A stretch of DNA of 37,653 nt from a virus (taxonomy: Duplodnaviria > Heunggongvirae > Uroviricota > Caudoviricetes). The notes under the pieces were generated by a model. It was given only the letters and a program-made list of their open reading frames with translations. It was not told where the DNA came from and ran no database searches. The stretch lies in IMG/VR virus record IMGVR_UViG_2778261231_000003; one strand, given 5' to 3'. Of this stretch, positions 1-8,533 are shown in pieces. Positions within the stretch are counted from its first letter, which is position 1. The number at the start of each line of letters is the position of its first letter. The translations under genes and the position numbers were made by a program.

Positions 1-128
1 CCACCGGTGAACTCAGCCCCCACCATGCCCACTGCGTTACCCTGTACCACAACGATTTAACCTGCGAAGCCGACACCCTTGGCAGTTGCGGCTACGTATA
101 CATCGCCATTTACCCCACTCAGAGTTAA
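1..128 (+). CDS. CbeA/YeeU-family antitoxin, C-terminal fragment (5' end lies outside the window)
   Basis: Frame ending at TAA 126-128 reads ...[29 protein letters not shown], matching the conserved C-terminus of CbeA/YeeU/YafW antitoxins (recalled from memory). The toxin gene starts 20 nt downstream. Confidence 0.6.
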   Translation, partial: TGELSPHHAHCVTLYHNDLTCEADTLGSCGYVYIAIYPTQS

Positions 129-148
129 TTACCTTCACGAGAGTAAAC

Positions 149-490
149 ATGAAAACTTTACCTGCAACAACTCAGCGGGCGGCGAAGCCCTGCCTAGCAC
201 CCGTGGCTGTCTGGCAAATGCTACTGACCCGCCTGCTGAAACAGCACTATGGTCTCACCCTCAACGACACACCGTTCAGTGAGGAACGTGTTATACAGGA
301 ACATATCGATGCCGGAATCACGCTGGCTGATGCCGTGAATTTTCTGGTGGAAAAATACGAACTGGTGCGTATCGACAGGAAGGGATTTAACTGGCAGAAA
401 CAATCCCCTTATCTCCGGGCTGTAGACATTCTGCGAGCACGGCAGGCAACTGGCTTGTTGCGGCAAAGCCGTAACAACGTAGTACGATGA
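149..490 (+). CDS. cbtA: CbtA/YeeV/YkfI-family toxin (type IV toxin-antitoxin toxin)
   Basis: ORF-track product from [14 protein letters not shown]... carries the family motifs [18 protein letters not shown] and IDILRAR. The ATG at 149 (not the in-frame upstream start at 86) is chosen because it follows the antitoxin stop. Confidence 0.8.
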   Translation: MKTLPATTQRAAKPCLAPVAVWQMLLTRLLKQHYGLTLNDTPFSEERVIQEHIDAGITLADAVNFLVEKYELVRIDRKGFNWQKQSPYLRAVDILRARQATGLLRQSRNNVVR

Positions 491-555
491 ACATTGCGTA
501 CAACCTTCCCGATTTACATTTCTGAACTTCCTCCCTTGTTTACCTATTGCGTAAT

Positions 556-591
556 GCGCCTGCTACTACCCGGCAGGCGCGTTATCTTTTT
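556..591 (+). terminator. Rho-independent terminator downstream of the toxin gene
   Basis: GCGCCTGC (556-563), 9-nt loop, GCAGGCGC (573-580), then GTTATCTTTTT. Confidence 0.5.
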
Positions 592-871
592 ACGGACAAA
601 CAATCATGCAACCAGAAGTTGAAGTATTAACCGATCATAATGAGCTAATTTGTTCGAGCTTTATTGAACACATTGCCAACACATTAAATTTAGGAGTAGT
701 GTACAACTAAACCTGCAGCCAAGGATGTATAGTGAGCGAAGCCCTATCAGGCCTTTTTGGTCAGTAGATAAGATTGATCTTCGTTGATAGAATTTACTTA
801 CACCAGCTGTTACATTAAGATAATTTTTTGGTGGGAGAATGATAAGATCTTACGTAACAATTTGATTTTAA

Positions 872-917
872 TGGTGCCGATAATAGGAGTCGAACCTACG
901 ACCTTCGCATTACGAAT
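872..917 (-). repeat. 46-nt 3' fragment of a tRNA-Thr(CGU) gene (anticodon loop to CCA end): attachment-site remnant, not a functional tRNA
   Basis: Reverse complement of 872-917 is ATTCGTAATGCGAAGGTCGTAGGTTCGACTCCTATTATCGGCACCA (anticodon loop with CGT, T-arm GGTTCGACTCC, acceptor 3' strand, CCA). Sequence 5' of it (918 onward) cannot supply the D-arm or the 5' acceptor strand. Identity to E. coli thrW is from memory. Confidence 0.7.
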
Positions 918-1222
918 TATAAGAATCCGCTTCTAATTCAAAGCATTACCCCATCAACACTGCGCTCACACGTCCCACCACATCAAAACATGTAAAGCCT
1001 TGCAAGCCATTGCGAGGCCTTATGTGTCTCAGTTTTGTCCCACCTTGTATTACGACTTACATAGCCAATGAAGATAAACGTGACGGCAAACGGCGCAGCA
1101 GTCTTCTTTTCCTTCATACTTTCCCCACCCAGCATGCATACCTTTATGCCATAACTGAAGTTTATGTCTGTTATGAGCGAAAAGCAGACATTACACTAAA
1201 TTATTTAGGTTTACTTTTATCA

Positions 1223-2101
1223 TTACATTTCTAATGCTTTTTCTCTGCTAATTGATCCTTCACCATTGCAGGTTCTGCAATCTAATTTTATATTCCTGCA
1301 GTCAGGACAAGTGAATTTTTCATAATTAGAAAGATTCACCTTTGCAGCAATATATCTTTTTACGGATCCCATTCCATTACAGATCGGACAATCTTCTCCC
1401 GCTAAACTGCCTTTTCCATTACATAAAGGGCAAGTTACAGTGGATATCACTTCATTTTCATTTTCATTTTCATAAATAAAATTGTTGAAATTTTGGGCGT
1501 TTATTGTGCTTAGTTGAACTTTTTCAATTTTTTTTATGTGATGTTCAAAATACTTTTTAATTGCCTTCTTAAGATCCTCTTTAGACGATTTCCATTGTTC
1601 TGGTGAGATCCTAATCGATTGAAATCCTTCGTTACTAGTTATTACTGCATCACGCTTGTAAGTAGACTTAATTTTACTTTCCACATAATGAGCTATGTGG
1701 CCATCATACTCGATGCCAATAGCAGCAATCTCAACCAAATCTTGACCAATCCATCTATTTAGTCTAAGGACAAGGTCTATTGCCCAAGGCTGGGCTTTTG
1801 GGTTTATATTGCCAACCTTATACTGAGGCTCGATATAAACAATATGTCCGTTTGGGAATTGACCTTTCAGAGTTATTCGTCGTGGTGAATTTTGAAAACT
1901 ATCGATTTCCAATGGACTAAACTGAGATATGAGGCCGGCAATTACCTCTATCTCAGCCTGAGATGTTTTTTCCACTCCTTGTAAACTAATAAGACCGATA
2001 GCTACTTGACGGTTAGTGGCTGGCTCAATCCTTTTAAATAGTTTCTTCTGATTATTACTAAAATTATTTTTGATAACTTCAAGTGTTTCATCTAGTTCCA
2101 T
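1223..2101 (-). CDS. Predicted endonuclease: Vsr/DUF559-like PD-(D/E)xK core fused to a C-terminal DnaJ-type zinc finger (four CxxCxGxG motifs)
   Basis: ORF-track protein 1223..2110. Core motifs AIDLVL, GIEYDGHIAHY, KRDAVITSNEGFQSIRI follow the D...E-x-DG-x-H...RD...G pattern of Vsr/DUF559 endonucleases. C-terminus has CPLCNGKGS, CPICNGMGS, CPDCRN, CRTCNGEGS. ATG at 2101 preferred over GTG at 2110 because of a GGGTGAG Shine-Dalgarno. AT-rich codon usage. Confidence 0.55.
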   Translation of the reverse strand: MELDETLEVIKNNFSNNQKKLFKRIEPATNRQVAIGLISLQGVEKTSQAEIEVIAGLISQFSPLEIDSFQNSPRRITLKGQFPNGHIVYIEPQYKVGNINPKAQPWAIDLVLRLNRWIGQDLVEIAAIGIEYDGHIAHYVESKIKSTYKRDAVITSNEGFQSIRISPEQWKSSKEDLKKAIKKYFEHHIKKIEKVQLSTINAQNFNNFIYENENENEVISTVTCPLCNGKGSLAGEDCPICNGMGSVKRYIAAKVNLSNYEKFTCPDCRNIKLDCRTCNGEGSISREKALEM

Positions 2102-2233
2102 CTCACCCACTCTATAAACTGATTATCCATATAAACTACATTATCATTTTTAACTGCTCAACATAGATTAACATAGCGCGATGCTAACAGTGTCAACTCC
2201 TGGCACAGGGCTGTTGTTGCAGCCCTGACAACC

Positions 2234-2836
2234 TTAGACTTCAATCGATTCAGAGATCTCTAACACATCATCTACTTCAATACCCAGATAACGGACTGTG
2301 CTTTCCAGTTTCTTATGGCCCAACAGAAGTTGGATCACCCGAAGATTCTTGGTTTTCTTGTAGATCAGGTAAGGTTTTGTTCTTCTCATGGAATGAGTGC
2401 TGTAAAGCGAATCTTCGAGACCAAGCTTTTCTACCCACCCATGAAAAATTCGGTTGTATTGCCGGGTAGATATGAGCTGATTAGTTCCGACCAGAAACCG
2501 AAACAAGAAGTCTTTACTATGCAAATTGCCAAGCATTATCAATGCAGCAACAGCTTCTCTTGTCCCTTTGGTTATCTCAAACTGCACAGGGCTACCGGTT
2601 TTCTGTTGCAGCACCGTAGCTCTGCTTGAAGCAGAGCTACCATATGCAACATCAGATACTTTGAGTTTGACCAGATCACAGCCTCGTAGCTTACTGTCCA
2701 GGGCCATATCGAACTGAGCTAAATCGCGCGTTTTACCTTCCAGTTCAAGCCGGATTCGGATCCCCCAGATATGAGATATCTGAAGTGGTCTTTTTTGGCC
2801 GATGATACGGTCTTTGTTCCACGGTGACGTGTTCAT
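2234..2836 (-). CDS. Short tyrosine recombinase (catalytic domain only, ~200 aa): truncated integrase or FimB/FimE-size recombinase
   Basis: Catalytic signature visible: Arg in LRGCDL, H-x-x-R in HSMRRT, LLGH and Y in VRYLGI. Start at MNTSPW (ATG 2836) preceded by GGAGA; the ORF-track start at 2890 lacks a ribosome-binding site. Confidence 0.65.
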   Translation of the reverse strand: MNTSPWNKDRIIGQKRPLQISHIWGIRIRLELEGKTRDLAQFDMALDSKLRGCDLVKLKVSDVAYGSSASSRATVLQQKTGSPVQFEITKGTREAVAALIMLGNLHSKDFLFRFLVGTNQLISTRQYNRIFHGWVEKLGLEDSLYSTHSMRRTKPYLIYKKTKNLRVIQLLLGHKKLESTVRYLGIEVDDVLEISESIEV

Positions 2837-2872
2837 ACTCAAATCTCCTGCAATGTGGGAGATTTGAGTATG
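2834..2872. promoter_or_regulatory. Perfect 15-bp inverted repeat with 9-bp spacer overlapping the recombinase start codon and Shine-Dalgarno
   Basis: CATACTCAAATCTCC (2834-2848), spacer TGCAATGTG, GGAGATTTGAGTATG (2858-2872). Arms are exact reverse complements. Geometry resembles a recombinase core site or a translation-sequestering hairpin. Confidence 0.5.
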
Positions 2873-3042
2873 GTTGTCCCTTATGAGCAAATCGCAGACG
2901 TAACATCAAGTTCATAGCTACCCTGGAGCACCTTATTATCCTGTATAACGATAAGTTGGGAAGCCAGTGGCCTCACAGTGTCCCCAAGATGGTGGTGTCT
3001 CTGCACCAAAGATGCGCTAGTTCAAATGTTAGTAAATATAAT

Positions 3043-3954
3043 TTATATGTAATCAGGTAGTGAATTCAAAGCCATCACTCTTTCTCTTTCTTTTTCTGTC
3101 ATTTCTCTCATAACAATTTGAGATAGCGCTAATGTTATCTCCTTTGTTTTATTGAAGGCTTCTTTGGTATATGTTTTCCTTCCATACTCAAGTTCATTAA
3201 ATGTCCCCATAATCCATTTGAGATAGAATAATGGGATGGCTAGATCACTTATATCCTGCCATCTCGTAATCGCTTTATATTCATTCCAAAAATAATCCTC
3301 AAAATGCTTATCACAATCACCTTTACACGCATAATAAACCGCTATCACCTCATTTGGTTTGTCATCGTGTATGATCTCTGCATTGCACACAATGCCATCA
3401 TAATTTTCTTCATGATGGTTTTCTATTAAGTCCTTTCCACAACGATCACATTTTATAGGTAAGTACTTATCAAAAATCAAATGCTTGGGTTTTATTTTTT
3501 TATAGCTCTCAGGAAAGTATCTAAGGAGTAGTTTTGAGTAACCAATTCTGACTAAGTGATTTTCAATTAATTTACCATCAAAGAATCGAAAGTCCTTTAT
3601 TTTTCCATTCTCTTTTAATTGCGTCATTCTTGAATTTAAACCACTACTTGGCAGTGTTGAGTAAAATCCAATAAATCCGTCGGCATTGAATCCATCAATA
3701 CGTTCTTGTATATTAATCTCATCCTTTTCTGAAACTGATTTTTTACTTGTTGCATAATGTTTACAGCTAACAAGCCAACGAAATTTATATTTATTTAACT
3801 GACCTTGCAATTGCTCTGTGATTAAAAGATCTTTACCTCCATCTGCACCTCTATCTGGCGCGGATTCAATATAAAAGCCAAGTTCTTCAAGAAAATCACG
3901 GGCAAATGACTCCCAGGCTTCACCGTCACTATCAATTTCAGTAAAGTTAATCAT
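3043..3954 (-). CDS. Predicted Mrr-like (PD-(D/E)xK restriction-endonuclease fold) nuclease domain protein with Cys/His-rich C-terminal region
   Basis: N-terminus EAWESFARDFLEELGFYIESAPDRGADGGKDLLITEQ...FRWLVSCKHY fits the Mrr catalytic-domain pattern (acidic residue, D-x-G-x-D-L, Q/E-x-K). C-terminal part has CDRCGKDL...C...ACKGDCDKH. GGGAG Shine-Dalgarno 9 nt upstream of ATG 3954. Very AT-rich. Confidence 0.55.
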   Translation of the reverse strand: MINFTEIDSDGEAWESFARDFLEELGFYIESAPDRGADGGKDLLITEQLQGQLNKYKFRWLVSCKHYATSKKSVSEKDEINIQERIDGFNADGFIGFYSTLPSSGLNSRMTQLKENGKIKDFRFFDGKLIENHLVRIGYSKLLLRYFPESYKKIKPKHLIFDKYLPIKCDRCGKDLIENHHEENYDGIVCNAEIIHDDKPNEVIAVYYACKGDCDKHFEDYFWNEYKAITRWQDISDLAIPLFYLKWIMGTFNELEYGRKTYTKEAFNKTKEITLALSQIVMREMTEKERERVMALNSLPDYI

Positions 3955-4206
3955 TTGTTAACTCCCAAGCGTTGAGATATTTTTATATCTGTATTGTGGG
4001 CTTATTATAAGCGAATGTAATTATAATATCATACTAACAGACACAACTTCCGCTTCTGGTACATAGCAGACCAGAGACACTGGCGTAAAGCCATGGAGGA
4101 TCGGTGGGAGGAGGTAAAAATCCTCTCATGCAAAAAATACGCAAAATCGATAACAGTTGGAAATCATTCAATACTCGCACTATCGGAAGTTCACCAGCCA
4201 GTCGTA

Positions 4207-4240
4207 GCACGTTCTTGCATACGACGTGGCTACGGGTTTC
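4207..4240 (+). repeat. Direct repeat copy 1 (~34 bp, hairpin-capable), upstream of the GIY-YIG gene
   Basis: GCACGTTCTTGCATACGACGTGGCTACGGGTTTC; near-identical to 5226-5263 apart from 1-2 nt indels. Confidence 0.6.
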
Positions 4241-4331
4241 GAGACCGGTCCAATCATCAAACGAAACATAAAATTAATTCACATTATGAGGAAAAGTATC
4301 TTTTTTATACTATGTAAATTCAAAGGCTTAG

Positions 4332-5201
<870 letters not shown>

Positions 5202-5225
5202 GTCTTTAAGTGATAAGCATAAACC

Positions 5226-5263
5226 GCAGCACGATCTTCTTGCATACGACGTGCTACGGTTTC
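5226..5263 (+). repeat. Direct repeat copy 2, between the GIY-YIG stop and the invertase stop
   Basis: GCAGCACGATCTTCTTGCATACGACGTGCTACGGTTTC; internal inverted repeat AGCACG...CGTGCT. Overlaps the invertase stop codon (5262-5264) by 2 nt. Confidence 0.6.
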
Positions 5264-5816
5264 ATTTATCTCCGACCGGAAACTTCTTATACAGTGTCGA
5301 TATACCAACATCATAGATGATCGCCACCTTCTGGCGAGGAACGCCTGATGCAATTAATCGCCCGGCCTGCGCCCATTGTTCTGGTGTAAGTTTGGGACGA
5401 CGTCCCCCAATTCGTCCCTGTGCGCGAGCAGCTTCCAGTCCAGCTTTTGTTCGTTCAACAATCAGTTCTCGTTCCATTTCAGCCAGGGCACCCATCACAT
5501 GAAAGAAAAAACGCCCCATCGGTGTGCTGGTATCAATAGCATCCGTCAGGCTGCGAAAATTAACGCCACGTTCGCGCAACTCCTCAACCAGAATGACCAG
5601 ATGCCGCATACTACGCCCCAGCCGATCCAGCTTCCAGACAACCAGAGTGTCACCTGCCGATAATGTCCTGAGCAGTTTTTTCAGTCCCGGCCTTTCGGAC
5701 TTTGTACCGCTTATCTTGTCTTCAAAAATCAGCTCGCATCCTGCACAGTTCAGCGCATTACGTTGTAGATCTGTGTTCTGGTCATTTGTTGACACACGTA
5801 CATAGCCAATAAGCAT
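5262..5816 (-). CDS. Serine recombinase, DNA invertase of the Pin/Gin/Hin/Cin family
   Basis: N-terminus MLIGYVRVSTNDQNTDLQRNAL matches Pin/Gin invertases (from memory) and includes the catalytic serine; C-terminal HTH GVPRQKVAIIYDVGISTLYKK. GGGAGA Shine-Dalgarno upstream. Confidence 0.85.
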   Translation of the reverse strand: MLIGYVRVSTNDQNTDLQRNALNCAGCELIFEDKISGTKSERPGLKKLLRTLSAGDTLVVWKLDRLGRSMRHLVILVEELRERGVNFRSLTDAIDTSTPMGRFFFHVMGALAEMERELIVERTKAGLEAARAQGRIGGRRPKLTPEQWAQAGRLIASGVPRQKVAIIYDVGISTLYKKFPVGDK

Positions 5817-5912
5817 GGTAGATCTCCCTGACTGATTAGACTTGAGATAAATGACAGGGGATAAGTGAGATAATTATGGGAAGTACTGGGTCAACATGGG
5901 AAGAGACTGGAT

Positions 5913-5945
<33 letters not shown>

Positions 5946-5993
5946 AAGACTGGCCCGAAAAAAACAGAACTCGCACCAGCCTGATTGCAGATA

Positions 5994-6383
5994 TTACTCC
6001 TTTTTCCCTGTATCGGCATCAGGTTCGCCATCAAACAGTTTGCCCTGCATCCGATCCAGTTCTTCTTTTCTGACCCGCTTCACCACGCTGTAAACCCACT
6101 GTAGTGAAACACCAAATTTGCGGGCCAGTTCGTGATGGTTGCGCCCGTCAAACTCCAGGAAAATTTCCCGGTCGCGCTGGCTGACCTTCCAGACCATGCC
6201 CATCGGAAAATAGACGTTTTGCCCACCCCAGACCTGCATCATGCGGTTCGCGACGGCCTGACCAATCTGGTCGGCAACTGCGGGTTCGATATCAATAATC
6301 TCGCGGACAGTCTCAGAGGTATGCTGTGCCAGTTCCACCAACAGTTCCGGCCCTTTACTACGAAACTGATTCAGGTCGCTCAT
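5994..6383 (-). CDS. Mor/C-family transcription activator
   Basis: GGQNVYFP and C-terminal HTH ELARKFGVSLQWVYSVVKRVR align with Mu Mor (from memory). ATG 6383 has a GGGAG Shine-Dalgarno and overlaps the GemA stop (ATGA); 129 aa. Confidence 0.8.
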   Translation of the reverse strand: MSDLNQFRSKGPELLVELAQHTSETVREIIDIEPAVADQIGQAVANRMMQVWGGQNVYFPMGMVWKVSQRDREIFLEFDGRNHHELARKFGVSLQWVYSVVKRVRKEELDRMQGKLFDGEPDADTGKKE

Positions 6384-6808
6384 TGCTTCACTCCCGCAGC
6401 TCTGCGCTGCCACTTCTTCAGTTTCTCAATCACGCTACTTGCCTGCTCATTGCTGAGCCAGCGTAACGCGCTGATGCCGGTTTCCCGTTTAACCCACAGC
6501 GCCAGCGCCTGCTCTGAACTGTCACGGACGATGCCTGCGGCAGCCATTTCAAGCCATAGCGCACGGATTTTCTTTGACTGCGGATGGCTGTCGAGCGGTA
6601 AGCCGGACTTGGCTTTCCCGGCAGGCTTAATGCGAAAGCCTTTCTTTTTCATTGATTCCAGCACGCGGTTTAGCTGTGGGGTATCCATCCCTTTGGTTGA
6701 GGCTTTGCCGGTCAGCCCCTGTAGCATCTGGCGGTAGGTGTCCTCATCCATCTGGAGGTCGCTGCGGGCAATATGAATGAGTTGAATAAGACGCTGCTTA
6801 GTCATCAT
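6380..6808 (-). CDS. GemA-like protein (Mu gp16 family, DUF1018)
   Basis: MMTKQRLIQLIHIARSDLQMDEDTYRQMLQGLTGKAS is the typical GemA N-terminus. Start at 6808 preceded by GGAG and overlapping the upstream stop; the ORF-track extension to 6997 lacks support. Confidence 0.7.
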   Translation of the reverse strand: MMTKQRLIQLIHIARSDLQMDEDTYRQMLQGLTGKASTKGMDTPQLNRVLESMKKKGFRIKPAGKAKSGLPLDSHPQSKKIRALWLEMAAAGIVRDSSEQALALWVKRETGISALRWLSNEQASSVIEKLKKWQRRAAGVKQ

Positions 6809-7013
6809 TGCCACTCCTTTTACCTGCGCCACCGATATAGTCGACATATAAAGGAAGCGCGACAGGCCAGCACAGGAACATAACGGCCCAACTGATCCAG
6901 TGTCCGGTACCGCTGTAACGTGAGTAAAACCCTGAACGGCGGTGCAGTTCAGCAGTACACCACCCCACGAGACCATACCAGAACAAGGCACATACAATTG
7001 ATTCAGCCATCAT
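6798..7013 (-). CDS. Small membrane protein (hypothetical, early operon)
   Basis: 71 aa with two hydrophobic segments; translationally coupled to neighbours. Confidence 0.5.
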   Translation of the reverse strand: MMAESIVCALFWYGLVGWCTAELHRRSGFYSRYSGTGHWISWAVMFLCWPVALPLYVDYIGGAGKRSGNDD

Positions 7014-7699
7014 AAGCCACTCCCCAGCTTCCGCTGTTCCTGCCCGCTGACAGGCTGATGTAGACGGACGTTTTCTCCCTCTCTGTAACCGATGTGGCGG
7101 GACATGTCCGCGTCACGGGATTTACCGGCTTTGCGGCCAGAGGTTGTTCCTGAATCAGGGTATTTTTGTTCAAGCCAGAGGTTTGCCAGCTCCCGTTCTT
7201 CGCGGGACATAGCAAATAAATGAACCTCACTACGCACGGCCAGAACCCATCCTTCGGCAAATTTGTCACCACGGCTGGTCTTGGTCGTGTTTTTGATTCT
7301 TTTATTCTGCTGTCGAATATAGTTTTTACGGGCCATGATTAACTGTCTGGCCAGTACCTCCCATGTATATGAGGCCAGTTCAACCCGGTCTTTATTACCG
7401 TAAAAGCCAACGCCGGGTTTAAAGCCGGAGTGAATAATAGACTTAACGCCAAATGCCACCTGGATAATATCCAGCAGACCCAGCATATAACGCGGCGGAT
7501 TAACGCTACCTGCAGCCCAGTAGTTACTGACGCTTTCATCAATATCACTGAGTGCGAGGTCAGCCTGGGTGATGTTATAGGCCTGCATCAGTTTCTGGGC
7601 GCGTTGCAGTGCCAGTGCCGCTTCATGGGGGTTATCGGATTTAGCCAGCGCAAGTAGCTTTTTTAACTTCTCCAGCAGCTTTTCATTATTCTGCGGCAT
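7010..7699 (-). CDS. DUF2786-like early protein
   Basis: N-terminus LLEKLKKLLALAKSDNPHEAALALQRAQKLMQAYNI is the DUF2786-type motif; GGGGGTG Shine-Dalgarno. Confidence 0.6.
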   Translation of the reverse strand: MPQNNEKLLEKLKKLLALAKSDNPHEAALALQRAQKLMQAYNITQADLALSDIDESVSNYWAAGSVNPPRYMLGLLDIIQVAFGVKSIIHSGFKPGVGFYGNKDRVELASYTWEVLARQLIMARKNYIRQQNKRIKNTTKTSRGDKFAEGWVLAVRSEVHLFAMSREERELANLWLEQKYPDSGTTSGRKAGKSRDADMSRHIGYREGENVRLHQPVSGQEQRKLGSGL

Positions 7700-7982
7700 A
7701 AGTCACCCCCAGGCGTTCGGCAAGGCGTTCCAGCTTTTTCTGCTTATGAAAATCAATCATCAGGCCCATCCCGTTTAGGCGGAACTGTTCAATCATGATT
7801 TCAACGTCAGCCAGTTCGCCTGCCAGATCAACTTCATTGCCCAGTCCGTTCATGTTGCGGGCAGCAGCAGCGGCCAGTTCGGCAGCTTCTTCCATCAGCT
7901 TCAGAGCCTGAGCTTCTGGGCCGAAGGTTTTGAGGGCCAGATTGTAGATCGTCGAACGGTTATATAATTTCATGCCTTTCAT
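7686..7982 (-). CDS. MazG-like nucleoside triphosphate pyrophosphohydrolase domain protein (small, all-alpha)
   Basis: KLMEEAAELAAAA ... LAGELADVEIMIEQF matches the EE-x-x-E / E-L-x-D paired acidic motifs of MazG-type NTP-PPases. 98 aa. Confidence 0.45.
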   Translation of the reverse strand: MKGMKLYNRSTIYNLALKTFGPEAQALKLMEEAAELAAAAARNMNGLGNEVDLAGELADVEIMIEQFRLNGMGLMIDFHKQKKLERLAERLGVTYAAE

Positions 7983-7997
7983 CTTATCTTCCCCAAA

Positions 7998-8270
7998 TCA
8001 ATGGCGTGATACGCTGATAACTTTCACGTGGCCGTCCTCAGTAATTTCCAGCTCGTACAGCGGCGGCATTTTTCTCAGGTGGTCACTGGTGGCGTGAAGA
8101 ACGTAAATGGCCTGATCTAGGCCATTTGTTGCTACGATGGCGTGTGAAGCCATGCTGATTAATTTGATTAATACCTGCCGGATATGGTTGGGATTTTCAC
8201 AACCACATTCACTGATATATTCCGCGACAATTTCACGGGTCCGTTTTTCGGCTTCTTTTGCAGTAATCAT
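7998..8270 (-). CDS. Hypothetical early protein
   Basis: 90-aa ORF with GAGG Shine-Dalgarno, coupled to upstream gene. Confidence 0.5.
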   Translation of the reverse strand: MITAKEAEKRTREIVAEYISECGCENPNHIRQVLIKLISMASHAIVATNGLDQAIYVLHATSDHLRKMPPLYELEITEDGHVKVISVSRH

Positions 8271-8455
8271 TTCTTTGCCTCACAAGGGATGAATTCCATG
8301 GCCGGGACTTCGGTGTAGTAATGCTGGCTACAGTGTGGGCATACCAGCGTGATGAGGACGGCTGGTACGCGGTACTTACCGGAGGAAATGACGCTGGCGT
8401 CGCTGAACTTCAGGGTGGTGATACCTTTCTGGCAGTTGATACATTTGATGGACAT
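8267..8455 (-). CDS. Small zinc-ribbon protein (two CxxC pairs)
   Basis: MSIKCINCQ ... VCPHCSQH; AAGGA Shine-Dalgarno. Confidence 0.5.
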   Translation of the reverse strand: MSIKCINCQKGITTLKFSDASVISSGKYRVPAVLITLVCPHCSQHYYTEVPAMEFIPCEAKK

Positions 8456-8533
8456 GATTTATTCCTTAATGCTGTTTTCGGCGTGTAGAAGCCCACGGCA
8501 CTGACGCCGAAATAAAAAGAAATTGAATTAAAA

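Noticed and set aside
86-148. Upstream in-frame extension of the toxin ORF (start at 86)
   Set aside because: It would overlap the 3' end of the antitoxin gene; the conserved family N-terminus MKTLP begins at 149.
872-960. Possibility of a complete tRNA gene
   Set aside because: Only the 3' 46 nt (anticodon loop to CCA) is tRNA-like; the adjacent sequence cannot form the D-arm or pair with the acceptor 3' strand.
1010-1234. 74-aa ORF right of the att fragment
   Set aside because: No Shine-Dalgarno, low-complexity product, lies in what looks like the 3' flank of the convergent 1223-2101 gene.
2206-2227. Perfect 8-bp stem hairpin CAGGGCTG-TTGTTG-CAGCCCTG between the recombinase and the Vsr-like gene
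   Set aside because: No U-tract on either strand, so it cannot be called a terminator with confidence; noted as a possible structural element only.
4093-4317. 74-aa ORF in the intergenic region upstream of the GIY-YIG gene
   Set aside because: It spans the hairpin-forming direct repeat copy 1 and has no ribosome-binding site; more likely non-coding regulatory or repeat sequence.
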